Source: Sarea resinae (Eukaryota). From it: DNA of 64,000 bases. Position 1 is the stretch's first letter. Every line of letters starts with the position of its first letter. The translations under genes and the position numbers were made by a program. The notes beneath the pieces were generated by a model. That model did not search any database, was not told where the DNA came from, and saw only the letters and a program-made list of their open reading frames with translations. Shown here in pieces: positions 48,491 through 60,544 of the stretch. The DNA is taken from the NCBI GenBank assembly GCA_026026165.1, contig JAPEUD010000068.1, positions 62,001-126,000 on the forward strand. Direction: 5' to 3'.

Positions 48491-50984
48491 AGCTGAAGGC
48501 AAGCCCAGTCAGTGCCTCTCCACACACCATCGATGCCGGTCGATGCCATGCAACCGTGCAAGCGACAACGCTGACAGGCCCGAGAACGACCTACTACGTA
48601 GTACTTCACGACACCCTACTTAGTAAGGGCCGGCGGCCTTGGATCGAGCAGATCAGATGCTGGACTATGTCCCACTGCGGTCTAGCCCCCGACCCGATCG
48701 AGCCAGATGCAGGTCCATCCATGATCCCATGCTTTGCCTTTGACCTGCCCCAGACCGACCACGACCACGACTTTGCCCATCGTCGGTGGCCATCTTCATG
48801 CCCAATTCTCGCCATTTCGCCTTGAAACAGCTCGCAACTTGCCTGGTCCTTGAAGGGACCCTAGACGCGGTACATTGTTCACCCAAGGCACAGTCCGAAG
48901 TACAGAGTACTCCGGTGCTCCTCCATACCTCCAGAGCTGTCTTGCGCTGAGACTCGTCCGTGGTTGGCGAGCAGGAGAAGAGACGAGAGGCTACTCTACT
49001 CCGTGCTTCATACAGCCCACTCTACCTCCTTGGAGTAACCCGAGACAGGAATATCCATGAAGGGATGATCCATGAAGGGGCGAATACGGAGGCAAATACC
49101 TCCCGCCTCAGCTCCAGATTCTGCCTCGAAGAAGGTCAGAATCTGTGCCTTAGTAGTGCCTTATGCTGTGAAGTGTGACGAAGAGTACATGCCTCAGACT
49201 ATTGCCATATGATAATCACATCTGTACTCCAGGTAAGGTAGAGTCCTCCAGAGTCGATGAGGTGGCCGATTATGCGGCCTCAGATCGGTCCAGTCGCTAA
49301 GTCGCTATGGGAATGGCCACTGCACCCAGAGCAAGGACAAGCCCTCGAGCCATCTTGACATTTGCGGGTACTCAGTACGAACAGCCCAGGCGACCGAGTC
49401 TTCCTCTCCGTCTTCTGTACTCGCCACCAACAAATTTCCCCGTCCAGTTAGTCTTGCAGCGTTGTGCATTGCCCCGTGCAGCGCGCAGCGCAGCGCAAAG
49501 AGTGAAGCCAATGCAGTCGATGTTTTGTGTTGTATGATCTGATTGCCGCCGTCGACTCTTCAGAGTGTTAGTGGCCGAGCTGCGCCGTGCGGCTTTCATT
49601 CGTGAGTTCGATTCCTCTTCCCCGTGCGGTTCGAATCTCCATGCAAGAGAGCTATGTAAGCAGCTCAGCTATCATTTGTGCTAAAATATGCAAGTCGCGA
49701 TGAGCTGGCGGTGCATTGCGTTTCACTCCAAGGAGAACAACGGCGCGCTGCTGCCAATGCGCGTTGCCCGTCGGCCTATGAATTTAGATCAAGCCTCAGC
49801 CGACAAAGCGCCCGCTGCGGGTTGGATTTATCGGATTTCGCGCAATCATCTGACTGGCAATCGGCACCGCTGCAGCTTGAAGCCCTGGACCAGAAGGATC
49901 AAATCGTGCAAATCGTTCTCGAGATTATGTACTTTGAAACTCAAATTGCATTGATCTGAGTGGCATTTCCGTGCATGAGCGACAGATCACAATCTCATTT
50001 CCAAAATTATACGGCGTGATGTTGAACTAAATAGATTCATTCGACGAATAAAGAGGCGTAAGGGCAAGTAAGGACTCACTCTCCTGCGGTACTGCGCAGT
50101 AGACGTGGCTAAAAGGCCATTTCAGCTGGATGCTGTGTGGACCTGAAGATCATTAGTCAGTAGTCGTTCACTACTATGATGCGACCGACTCTCATGACAA
50201 GGCTGGTTAAGGCAACATTTGCTCAGCCTCAGTACCGCAGTAGGAGTAACACCTGATCATGTTCTTCATCCAACAGAAGAAATGAAGCTCAGAAGACAGC
50301 TAATAGTATGATTCTATGATACAGTAACAGTCAATGACCACAACCCAGTGGGCCATTAATTCTGGGGTGTTACTGTTGGCACTCTTCCGATTATGCCAGC
50401 GGCAATAGTGAAATCTTCCTCTACCTACAGCAACAGTCCACCATCCGTTGATTCATTTACTATTGTTCAAAGAGGGTATACGGGACGAGTTTAAAGAAGA
50501 CCGTAATGCTGTGACCCTTCCCTTCGGTGTGAACAGGAAATGAGAGAGGCAGCGATTGGCGGTATTGATTGGAATGATACTGCTCGAACACGAGCATTCT
50601 GAAAGAGTGCACTTTTTCACTCAGCATGTCCTTACTGGTAGAATACACACAGCGACAAACAACTTTAAAGTTGAAGTTCTATGTATTATTTTTATCAATT
50701 TTATCAACAGGCCTTTTAGATCATTGCATAGGCCTGCTCCGGCTATGATCAATGATGCTTTGGAACGAGCGGCTACCAGCTGGAGGGTTCCGAGCTGCCG
50801 CAAAGAGCCGCTTCTTTATTTCCCGCGTCATACTTTCTCGCTTTGGCCCATGTAGGCATAGAGCGCGGCTACGAACTATTCGGCCCCGACCCCTAATGAT
50901 AATGACATCGATAACGAAAATATTGCCCTACTAATCTCCATATCCTGCAGGCAGTATGCGACATATGGAGCATCCTCTCCAGAC

Positions 50985-53867
50985 ATGGACGACGATTGGG
51001 GCTCTCCTTGGGCCGACGAGCTCGACCACAAGCCCAAGTTTCCGAAGCAGGCAACAAGTGTGCAGAACCCGGAGCTGAACGGAAATCACAACCTTCACCA
51101 TAGAGAGGAACTTTACCAGAGTATCCCGTGGGGCGATGATGAGGTTTCTCCAGCCAGACCCGATGCGTCCAGCATAAGATTTGATACCAGTGGTGCACAA
51201 TATCTGGAAGCATCTAGACCTTCCAAGTCCGGGCAGGTAGAGGTTTCCAATGGTGGCAACTTGGGCCAAACATGGCATGAGGGGTTTCCCGGGGAAGGCA
51301 ACTCTGAGCCTACAGGCATCCTGTCAGGATGGGAGGATAGTGGACAATGGCATTCCCAGCAGGATCTGACAGGAGGAGCGCACTCTCGATCCACGCCGGC
51401 TCGTCAAAGCTTCGAACCCTCATCCGAATTGCCCGCAGAGGATGCACCTATGGCAGTCGAACATAATAGTGGAAGCGATGACTCAGGACGAGAGTTAAAT
51501 GATAAGCAGGGATATATTCCAACGTCTGTGGCCGTTACAAATTCGCAAGGGCCGGAGCCGATCAAGTCGTCAAGAACGGCCTTGGAGTCAGGTCCCATCA
51601 AATCTGCGAACGATTTTGTCGTCGAGGATTCATCCTCCAGACCCTCCACGTCTCTCTCCGATCAGAGCCATACTGAAAAGCCCGCGGATTCACCTCGGAC
51701 CTCTTTTGAAGAGGATCCCGCGGCAAATGAGGCAGTATCATCGCAGACGAATATTCAAGGTCTCATACCATCAGCAACACAAGGAGATTCTCAGACAGAG
51801 GCCTTGAGTACAGTGGATAAAGAAAGAAAGGAGGAGGGCAATGCACAAGACGAAGATGAGGATGAGGATGACTTCGGCGATTTTGAGGAAGAAGCAGCAG
51901 CAGCAGATCAGGGGGATCATGAGCAGAGACCCACAGAGCCACAGGCCATCTCTAGGGGTGATGATGCGCACTTCGAGGAATCCAACTTCGTACCTCAACT
52001 TCCATATGAGCCGGATCAAGCGTTGATCGATGCACTATTTCCTAGGGAATCTGCCGTCCCATCATTGGCAGAAGTTGGCGAGGAGAACATCTCAACGATC
52101 TCAAGCAGGAAGACATGGTATCGAATTTCACGCAATCAAACTAAGAGAGAGCATGATTGTGGAGAAGGAAATTACGTGAGAGTAATTTGGCCAGGCTCCA
52201 GAGTACAGGCAGAGGTCAATAAGGTTATTAGCCGGTGGATTGTTGAAGATCGAATTGCTGGCGGCGTGGCTCTCGGAGGAAGCAACACTCTAGGATCCGT
52301 TTTCGGCTGGGCTCATCACGGCCACAGCCCTTCTACGGAAACAGCCAAGTCTCACCTTAGTGGGCTCAAGAAGTCGTCGCATGCTGTCCATGGGCTATCA
52401 AAGCATCATCACGCCCAGTCTCTCGGTAGTCCGGATTCGATGCGCCCGATCAGAGGACTTCCAGTCCTTCCAAAGCCTTCCGAAAGCCCTGGAGCTTCGG
52501 CTGCTACTACTGCACCATTTGATTGGAGTAGCGGTCCAGGGGCTCTCAAGGTGGGAAAGCATCATTCAAGCGATCTGCATCGCACGTCGCTGGAGACGCA
52601 TACCTCTGCGCGTTCTGCCGGGTCATCACCTTCCAGCCCTGCATCTGCTGCAGATGCTTTGCCGGAACCTTTAAACACTGCATCAATGAAATTTCCCGTC
52701 GACAAACGACTGAAGTCTCTACACAAAAGCTCAAAAAGTCTCGATCCTTCTCTTCTATCACTCTCTCGATCACCATCTCAGGATGCAAACAAAAGGGACT
52801 CAAGTCCAGCGACCTTGCCTATCGCCACCTTTAGGGCCGCCGACGATCATGGACTCTTGCCACCTCAAACAGAATATCAATCCAACCCTACAAAGCCGAA
52901 ATTAGAAGCAGAGCAAGAGGATCCCTGGGCAGCTCTGGGCCAACTAGAAAGCAAACCTAACCAAATTGACTCGAATGAATCAGCATCACCAATTGATCTA
53001 AGCACACCCGTCTCTTCGCCTAAAGAGAAGCGGAAAGCTTTGTCCCTTGATGTCAAGTCCATCACTACCACGACAAAGCCCCACGACGACAATGACGCGG
53101 ACGACGACGAATGGGGCGATATGGTCGAGTCACCCGCTGTCTCCACGCCACCAACCTTCCCCATATCCTCCTCATCCCACGGAACCAGCAGCAGTCTTCC
53201 GCCGGCGTCCCCTCATCAATCGCCGGCTCTGGCTTCTTCTCCGGCTTCATCGCAAATCTCAACCCCACGCCTCAGCTTCGATTCGATCCTTGTGCCCGCT
53301 AAACCAGCGGCCAGAAATGGCCCACCACCACGAGGTCATTCCCGCAATTTTTCGTGTCAGCCTTCTTTCCCCTCTGCAAGCCCTCTCGGCATGTCCAAGC
53401 ATCCCCTGGCCAGAGCTACTAGCGTGGTCAGGAGTTCCAGCCCCTTGGCCATGGCCGAGCCGCTCTCTGCCACTGCTACGACTGCTACCACACCTATTGC
53501 TACCACTTCCCAACGCAGCTCGTCCAACCCTACTTTCTTGCCACAGGCCTCAGTATCAAAACGCCGCCCCATCAGCCTCATCTCGCCACCTGGTGCTTGG
53601 GATGAGGCCAATTCGTTCTTCGACAGTCTTTCCACCCGTTCGGCGCATACGTCTGGACCGAAGCCTCCACCTGAACCCGTGTTTCCCGTCACTGCTCCTG
53701 CTGTCGTGCCTGCCAAGCCATTCGCACGTAAGATGTCTCCACCCCTACCAACCCCTCCAAAACAGGTCTCATTATCACCGGTGTCTGTGAGTGGCTACAA
53801 CGACGACGATATTGTCAAAAGAATTGTCACAGGGCTGCCTGATCTCAGATATATGCTTCGTCGGTAG
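50985..53867 (+). CDS. Disordered Ser/Pro/acidic protein with adaptor-ear binding motifs; aftiphilin/Laa2-like
   Basis: 960-codon ORF with DDDWGSPW, DDFGDF, W..RVIWPGS, DPWAAL, DDEWGDM, and C-terminal IVTGLPDLRYML. Confidence 0.85.
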   Translation: MDDDWGSPWADELDHKPKFPKQATSVQNPELNGNHNLHHREELYQSIPWGDDEVSPARPDASSIRFDTSGAQYLEASRPSKSGQVEVSNGGNLGQTWHEGFPGEGNSEPTGILSGWEDSGQWHSQQDLTGGAHSRSTPARQSFEPSSELPAEDAPMAVEHNSGSDDSGRELNDKQGYIPTSVAVTNSQGPEPIKSSRTALESGPIKSANDFVVEDSSSRPSTSLSDQSHTEKPADSPRTSFEEDPAANEAVSSQTNIQGLIPSATQGDSQTEALSTVDKERKEEGNAQDEDEDEDDFGDFEEEAAAADQGDHEQRPTEPQAISRGDDAHFEESNFVPQLPYEPDQALIDALFPRESAVPSLAEVGEENISTISSRKTWYRISRNQTKREHDCGEGNYVRVIWPGSRVQAEVNKVISRWIVEDRIAGGVALGGSNTLGSVFGWAHHGHSPSTETAKSHLSGLKKSSHAVHGLSKHHHAQSLGSPDSMRPIRGLPVLPKPSESPGASAATTAPFDWSSGPGALKVGKHHSSDLHRTSLETHTSARSAGSSPSSPASAADALPEPLNTASMKFPVDKRLKSLHKSSKSLDPSLLSLSRSPSQDANKRDSSPATLPIATFRAADDHGLLPPQTEYQSNPTKPKLEAEQEDPWAALGQLESKPNQIDSNESASPIDLSTPVSSPKEKRKALSLDVKSITTTTKPHDDNDADDDEWGDMVESPAVSTPPTFPISSSSHGTSSSLPPASPHQSPALASSPASSQISTPRLSFDSILVPAKPAARNGPPPRGHSRNFSCQPSFPSASPLGMSKHPLARATSVVRSSSPLAMAEPLSATATTATTPIATTSQRSSSNPTFLPQASVSKRRPISLISPPGAWDEANSFFDSLSTRSAHTSGPKPPPEPVFPVTAPAVVPAKPFARKMSPPLPTPPKQVSLSPVSVSGYNDDDIVKRIVTGLPDLRYMLRR

Positions 53868-55177
53868 CATGAATTGGGTCATCTCGCCGCTGAAACTCTC
53901 TGTCTTTACTCTGTTTTCAAATGTGTATATAAGCATGATACCTACCCTTCCTCTCTCCCTTCCTCCCTACCTACCTACCTTCATACCTTCGTACCTACCT
54001 AGCCTTATAAGTTCGTTCCATTCAACGTACCTACTATTTATCTTCTCCGTAATGTATTCTTTGTGTCTCCCTCCTATTCTTGTTTCTTGCTCGCCCAGTC
54101 AACGAGCGCTTGATCAGGCGACGTGACTGAGACCGAGGGTTTCTAGTATCTGAATTCTGTTGTTGTTGTTGTTGTTCGTTGAGCATGGAGAGCGAGGCAT
54201 GGCATGGCATGGATATGATGGCGTTTTGTTCCACTGCCCCCATAGGGCCGTGGGTTGGTTGCTGTTTGTCTCTAGCTAGGTAATTATCTGCGCAGTGGAG
54301 ATGACGCATGCATGCATGCATGCATGTCACGGCGTACCGTATCTTCGAGAGTCTTGAGTCTTTGGGTCAGATGTGTTGTGATTACACTCTGATATACATA
54401 TGTTGGGAATAGCAAATATCAGCATTTTCATATACGAATATGCTCCTTCGTGGTGCCATTGTATCAAGTCGTAAATCCAGAGGGCTCTGAAGTGGACCGC
54501 TAGAATGGCACTCTAGAGCAGCGCGGGAAGAGTGTCGCTGCTGGTAAGATATGTAGATGAGGTCAGGTAAAACATGTTTAAGATCTGTGCCATTTATAAC
54601 ATTTTGTTAGTAAGAGATTGCTAGATGTGGAGTGTGAGATGTATAGATACTTTTTCTCAATTCCTGCTGTATTTGCTGAACCTTAGTTGCTCTTATTGAT
54701 TACCCTAGGCAGTGTTCTTTGCATAGATCTAGTAGGAGTTTAATCTAAGAGACTACTTCATATCTTAATATTTTATATGATAGAAGTTAGGAATAACCTT
54801 AGTCAGTACAATATAAAACAGGACTCGTAATATTGCTTTCCTGTTATATTCATAGGCTGTAATGAGAGAAAATAGATAGAGTGTAAGGAGAAAAGTAAAT
54901 AATAGGATAGTAGACCCACTAGAAAGCTATCGATACCGACCATCATCGTCAAACAACTTGATCCAGACTCCCTCTAAGCGACCCAACACCACCTATCCAT
55001 CATCCATCATCACCTCAATCAAGGCAAGCAAGACAAGCAAGCAACGCCATAGAAGTCAACAGCCCACCAACAAGCCGAGACCTCTCCCTCACCACATCCC
55101 CATCCCCATCACCATCGCGCTTCCAACAGCGCCTCCAACGAACCAGGCCCAAGGCCCCGCAAAGCAAGCAAGCAAGC

Positions 55178-56302
55178 ATGTCCTCTCCGCCCAACATGGC
55201 CACCTCTCCCCCCTCATACTCCACACACGCCCCGACCAGCCTCCCGACGAACCCTAAAAAGCGCCCGTCCCTCAGCACCGCGCCGTCCGGCACCACGAAG
55301 CGGCGCAAGGCCTCGGCCGCCACGAGCATCGGCTCCGCGCACCCGCTGCGGCAGACGTCGTTCCCGCCCGAAGAATCCCTCCGCAGCGGCGCGGGGGCAT
55401 TGACGCGCTCGCCTAGCGTCGAGAGCTCGGTGGCCGGTAGCATCGGCGGTGTGCGAGAGGCGGATGCGGAGAGAGGGAAAGGAAAGAAGAGGCGCAGGAG
55501 CGGCGGCCGCTCGACGGCTGATACGCGGAGTGTCAAGAGCGGGCGGACCGGCGCGGCGAGCGTGAAGAGCGCGGGAGGTGCTAGTGGCGGCAAGGGCGAG
55601 ACGGGCACGACTGGTGGGGCGGGCGGCGAGGACGACGGCGAGGACGACGAGGAGGATGGAGGGGGCGTCGATGCTGTCTTGGAGGGGGGCGGGGAGAAGG
55701 TCGATGAGGCCTATGAGAAATACAAGCTCTCGTATGCTATACTTTTCTCTCATCTCTGGACCCTCACTCTGTTCGGGGCGATTGTCCCGCTATTTGCCTA
55801 TTTTTCTATTCTCTATGAGAGCTAATCGGTTCGACTATGCAGCGTCCTCATGGAGGCAATGAACGATGATCAAGTGGACCGCTATACGCTCTTCCGCCGC
55901 GCCCGTCTTCGCAAAGAAACCGTGCGGAAGATCGCCAACCAGACGCTCTCCCAGTCCGTCCCGCCGTCCGTCATAACGACCATCAACGGCTACACCAAAG
56001 TCTTCATCGGCGAGCTGATCGAAAAGGCCAGAGAGGTGCAGACGCAGTGTCTGCTCGCCGAGGCGCAGGCCAAAGATGATGATCGTACTCCGCCCACCAC
56101 CCAGAGCAGTGCCAAAGATCCCACGGAGAATAATCCTTTACATCCCCTCAATCGCGGACCGCTCCTCCCAGACCACCTGCGCGAAGCCCTCAGGCGCTAC
56201 AAGAAAGAAGGGGAAGGTGGCGGGGCCGGCTTCCGCGGGCTGAGTCTTGGAGGGGTGGAGGAGACGGCTTCTAGGAATCGGGGAAGGAGATTATTCAAGT
56301 AG
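55178..56302 (+). CDS. TAF11: TFIID subunit 11 (TAFII28 histone fold)
   Basis: AHPLRQTSFPP, DQVDRYTLFRRARL, QTLSQSVP, KVFIGELIEKAREVQ, PLLPDHLREALRRY; intron 55732-55842. Confidence 0.93.
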
Positions 56303-56488
56303 ATATCCGTTGAGATGTCGACTATTTTAAGTCGGAAGCACGATGGGGTTTTGGGAGCATGGAGTTCGGGAATTGGAGGGACTTGGGGAATCGACATGGG
56401 TTGATGCCCTAGCATTGGTAATAATTCATCATACGATCAAGGGAAAGCTGAAATGAAAATGCACGAATTCAAACCATAACAACGCAGC

Positions 56489-57196
56489 TCAGTCTGTGAG
56501 CTCAATGTGAAAATCGGTAAAGTCAACATGCAGAGACTGATTGGGGTCGCCCTCCTCCCGTGTCGGCTTCGCCGCGTACGCGCCAATCCAGTATTCTTTA
56601 GACGCGGAATTCTCAAACGCCCACGTCACCTCTCTGATGGGAAACCGGTCCTCCCCATCCACGATGTAGACGGTCAGCACGGTCCCAGGGGTTCCTCGAG
56701 CGGTCATCTCTCGTTCGAACTCGATCGTGACCGTATTCGGGTCCTTGAACGTCGTGGGGATCAAGCCCCAATCGGCCCAGCGGTCGGCAGCGACGACGCT
56801 GACCTGAGGTTTACCCTTGTAGAACTCGATGCCGGCCTTGACCCACTTCTTGATGCCCTCGGCCTGCGAGTTGACCAGGATCAGGCCGCCCTGGTCGTAG
56901 AGCGTCTTCCAGTCGGCGGCGACGGTGAGGCGGGCCTTGCGGAAGCGCGACGGGTGGAAGGAGCGATACACAATGGGCGCCGTGAAGTCGCTGACGTCGG
57001 GCGGCTTGCGCCAGATGTCGGTCGCGGGCGGCGCGACGATCTGGAAGCGCTCGAGCGACAGGATCGACGGCCGGCGGCCCTTGAAGTTGTACGAGTTCAG
57101 ATCCGGACCCCGCTCCGGCGAGCTGGCCCAGCGGATGTTGCCCCATCGCGGGGACTTGGGGGATTTGGGCGACGTCGGCGAAGAGAGAGCGGACAT
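56489..57196 (-). CDS. DUF1349 (Ree1-like, ConA-like fold) protein
   Basis: TDIWRKP, WKTLYDQGGL, WVKAGIEF, SVVAADRWADW, REVTWAF, IGAYAAKP. An alternative in-frame ATG exists at 57286. Confidence 0.88.
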   Translation of the reverse strand: MSALSSPTSPKSPKSPRWGNIRWASSPERGPDLNSYNFKGRRPSILSLERFQIVAPPATDIWRKPPDVSDFTAPIVYRSFHPSRFRKARLTVAADWKTLYDQGGLILVNSQAEGIKKWVKAGIEFYKGKPQVSVVAADRWADWGLIPTTFKDPNTVTIEFEREMTARGTPGTVLTVYIVDGEDRFPIREVTWAFENSASKEYWIGAYAAKPTREEGDPNQSLHVDFTDFHIELTD

Positions 57197-57897
57197 CGCG
57201 AGAGCTGGACGGCAGCGAGACGGGACGACACGAGACGTATCCCGGAGTGGGATGACTTGGTTGGATGGTATGTACTTTGTGAACACTTCAGGTACGAATG
57301 CCCGTACGGTAATTCGTTAATTGAGTGATTCTTGATCCTATACTTTCTTGGAAGGATGTAGAGTTGAACGAGGCTGCGTTTCTCATTGAGAATAATGGGA
57401 CGGCTCTGCCCCTCTCGTCCAGGGCGGGGGCGGGTTCACGGGCTCGTGGTACGAATACGTACGAATACGTTCGAGGTCAACCTGGAAGGTAGCATTCATC
57501 CATCTGCTGGCTCATCGTAAGTGCAGCCAATAGCCACCTTTCCAGCTCAGCCATCTTGCATGGTTGGCCGGCTACGTCCATGGATCTTGCGCTAAAAAAG
57601 AATGCCATCTGTTGCCGTCCTGTCTGGTCATCTCGAGGAGCACTGAGAAGCGTTCGGTGGCAGTGGGAGGGAACATGGGATTCGGCATGGAAAGAGCTGG
57701 AGCATGGCATGGACCCGGATGGGAGAGGGCAGATGGCACGAGCATCAGGAAATAGCGCCATGTCTACGGTATTCGGATGCTGGCAAGGGCCAGGCTACGA
57801 TGATCCATCCGTTCCCAGTCGTGATGAGAGCTCAAGGCAATCAATCATCCCTCAGTGGCCGTCTGATCTTGGGCTTTTGCATTGTCGATGCCAAGGG

Positions 57898-58864
57898 GGC
57901 AAGTTTGGGGCTTTCATCGTCGGACGTCTCAGGGGGTCCTGCGTTCCGATGTTCGATGATACATGGCCGGTTTTGGACATTTATCGTCGAACGTCTCACT
58001 TGATTCTGCCATGCGATCCATGGATGTTCGACGAGAAACGTGGACCTACCTTGATGATTGATGGATACGATATTCTGACCAATGGGCGAGTGTTCAGCAA
58101 CTATCGTTGAACGTCTCTGCAAACAGAGAGTCTTTTTCCAATCTAATATCTATCCTATGATAGTCCCAGCCGATAGCATTGGATGTTTCGGACATTGATC
58201 GTCGAACGTCTCACTTGATACTGCCTTCCGATGTTCGACGATAAATGCTGACTTGACCATGAATTGTGGATACGATGTTCTGGCCAATGGCAAGTTTTCA
58301 GCAATTATCGTCGAACGTCTCTGCAAACGCAGGGCCTTTCTCGTGTCTGATATCCGATGAGAATCTACCTACCTAGTAGTCCCAGCCAATAGCAAGTTTA
58401 AGACAACTATCGTCGAACGTCTCTTCAGAGGCCACGCGTTTTGGCTCTCTGGTGTCCGACGAAAATCGCTGAACGTGACCCGATGGATCCGGCCAATGGC
58501 GAGTTTTGGACTTTTATCGTCGAACGTCTCTGAAATAGCAGGCTCACTTCTTTGCCCGTGGGTGGTGGTAGAAGTGAGGTGACCCAAGGGCGCCCACTTT
58601 CGAGCATCCCTCCTTTGTATTTGCAACGACGAATGCCCCAGCCGTGAACGGTATACCTGAGGTAGCTTATTTGGCTCCTGGATTGGCTGTTCCGTTGGAC
58701 GGCTCAATTTCGACCAGCGCGATGACCTTGTGTCTTTCCAAGATCCCAGTCCAGAGCTGGAGCGTTTTGAATTTATGACCTTCATGGTTGAACCCCTCTT
58801 TGCTTACGGCGCTGGCCCGTCCAGGTGATCTTCTCAGTGTTTAGCATTTATCGTCGGACGTCTC
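57898..58864. repeat. Cluster B of dispersed GAGACGTTCGACGATAAATG motif (12 copies; ~210-bp higher-order unit x3)
   Basis: Minus copies end at 57930, 57997, 58117, 58212, 58321, 58423, 58530, 58864; plus copies start at 57948, 58023, 58230, 58451. Confidence 0.92.
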
Positions 58865-59015
58865 TTTTCCTCGCGCTCTCCGTTTCAATCATAGCCACCT
58901 CGGAAGCATCCAAATGTGACATTGGAAGTCTCCCACGACATTGCATCGATCCTGCACGAAATTCGTCCCACTTGCATGCGGCAGATGTGGGGTATCGGAT
59001 TCTCGATACAGCGGT

Positions 59016-60544
59016 TCACAGCTTCGATCCCCGTACCCTCGTTCTATTCCTCAAAACAAACCCGCCTGGACCGTCATCATCATACTGTGTCCCCTTCACC
59101 CATCCAACCCAGTCCCTCAATCTCTCGTCTCCTCCCTCACCAACGCCTAACGGCCTTGGTCCTAGCTTTCCTTCGCCACTCGAATCCACCATGCCTTCAT
59201 CCCTGCTTCCTACCCGTACAGGCAGATTTCCATATTCGACCTCCTCGGGCGCAAGCACAGGCGTGACACAAGCGTCCGTACCCCGAAAGATGTCTTCCCA
59301 TTCCCTACGCGTCTTCTCTAAGAATTGGGCTGTGAAGAGGGTGCGCAACTCGGGCCAGGTTTCTCTGTTGTTTCTCTCCGAGAGTAGGGACGATGGGAGA
59401 GAGAGGCCCTTGAGAAGGGCCAGAAAGAAGGGTGGCTCGAGTGCACCTCTTTGGTTCGCACCATTCGTGTTAGCTGGGGGTTGGCCTTCTAAGCTTGCTT
59501 TGATGGTCAAGTAGGGGGAAGATGGAGATGAATCGTGCAGATTTTAACTCCACAAAAAATGACAGCTGGGCGCTTACACGGCCACATAACCCCCCTCCTT
59601 CGTCTCGTAAGTATCATACCAAGGGCAACCACCATCGAACATATTCTCCCCTCTCTTCCGGTTCCACAGTTCAGTAGATCGAACCAAGAGCGGCATACTA
59701 GCCAGATACGCCGACCCGTCCACCATGTTTGCCTGCACAATTTGCCCGAGTCCCCCTTTCTCTCCGGCCTTGGTCTTACCTTGCCACAAGCCGAAATTCG
59801 AGTGTTGCTGAGGGCCCCTGTCGGAGCTCTCGTCGAGAGGGCTAGCATTGTCGCCGCGTTCTCGTGCTAGCAGCGCCATCAGGATCCCGGTCACCAACAT
59901 CATGCCGCCGCCGCCAAAGTCAGCGACCAGGTTTCCAGGGGCGTACGGCTTTTCGCCGGCGCGGCCGGAAAGGCTGAGGACGCCGGAGAGGGCTAGGTAG
60001 TTGATGTCGTGGCCTGCCACGGAGCTGTAGGCGTCTTGGTCTGATGCATGTGATGCTGCAGGTGTCATCTGGCGACGCTGAGTTTGTCGTGGTGGCCGAA
60101 ACCCCGTCAGCCTCCCGACAACAAGCCTGGGATTTAATGGCTGCAGCACAGTCGCAGGACAAAGACCTAGTTTCTCAAGGACGCCCGGGCGAAAAGGATC
60201 GAGAAGGACGTCGACATGGGGAATCAAGGATTTGAGAAAGGAAATCCCAGATGGTGATTTGAGGTCTATGGGAATGGATGCTTTATGCCGGGTCAGGAGG
60301 TCTTGCGCAGGGGGTGGAGGGCGACTAGGAGTTGTGGAGTTGGGTCGGTCGATGCGGAGGACGCTGGCGCCGTAGTCGGCGAGGAGGAGGCCTGCAAATG
60401 GCACTACGATGGAAGTCAGAGAACAAGAAATGATATACTCCGGAGTAGAAAGATTGGGACAAAAGCGGGAAAGGGCCACTTACCTGGTGCCAGGCCTGCC
60501 AGCTCTAGCACTCGTATGCCGCGAAGCGGGGGCGAAGAGGTCAT
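59016..60544 (-). CDS. CoA-transferase family III / alpha-methylacyl-CoA racemase, peroxisomal
   Basis: [81 protein letters not shown]-terminal SKL (PTS1); introns 60483-60404 and 59577-59449. Confidence 0.92.

Noticed and set aside
57898..58864. CRISPR array interpretation of the periodic repeats
   Set aside because: Eukaryotic locus, no cas genes, repeats in both orientations, degenerate copies, and spacers partly duplicated rather than unique.
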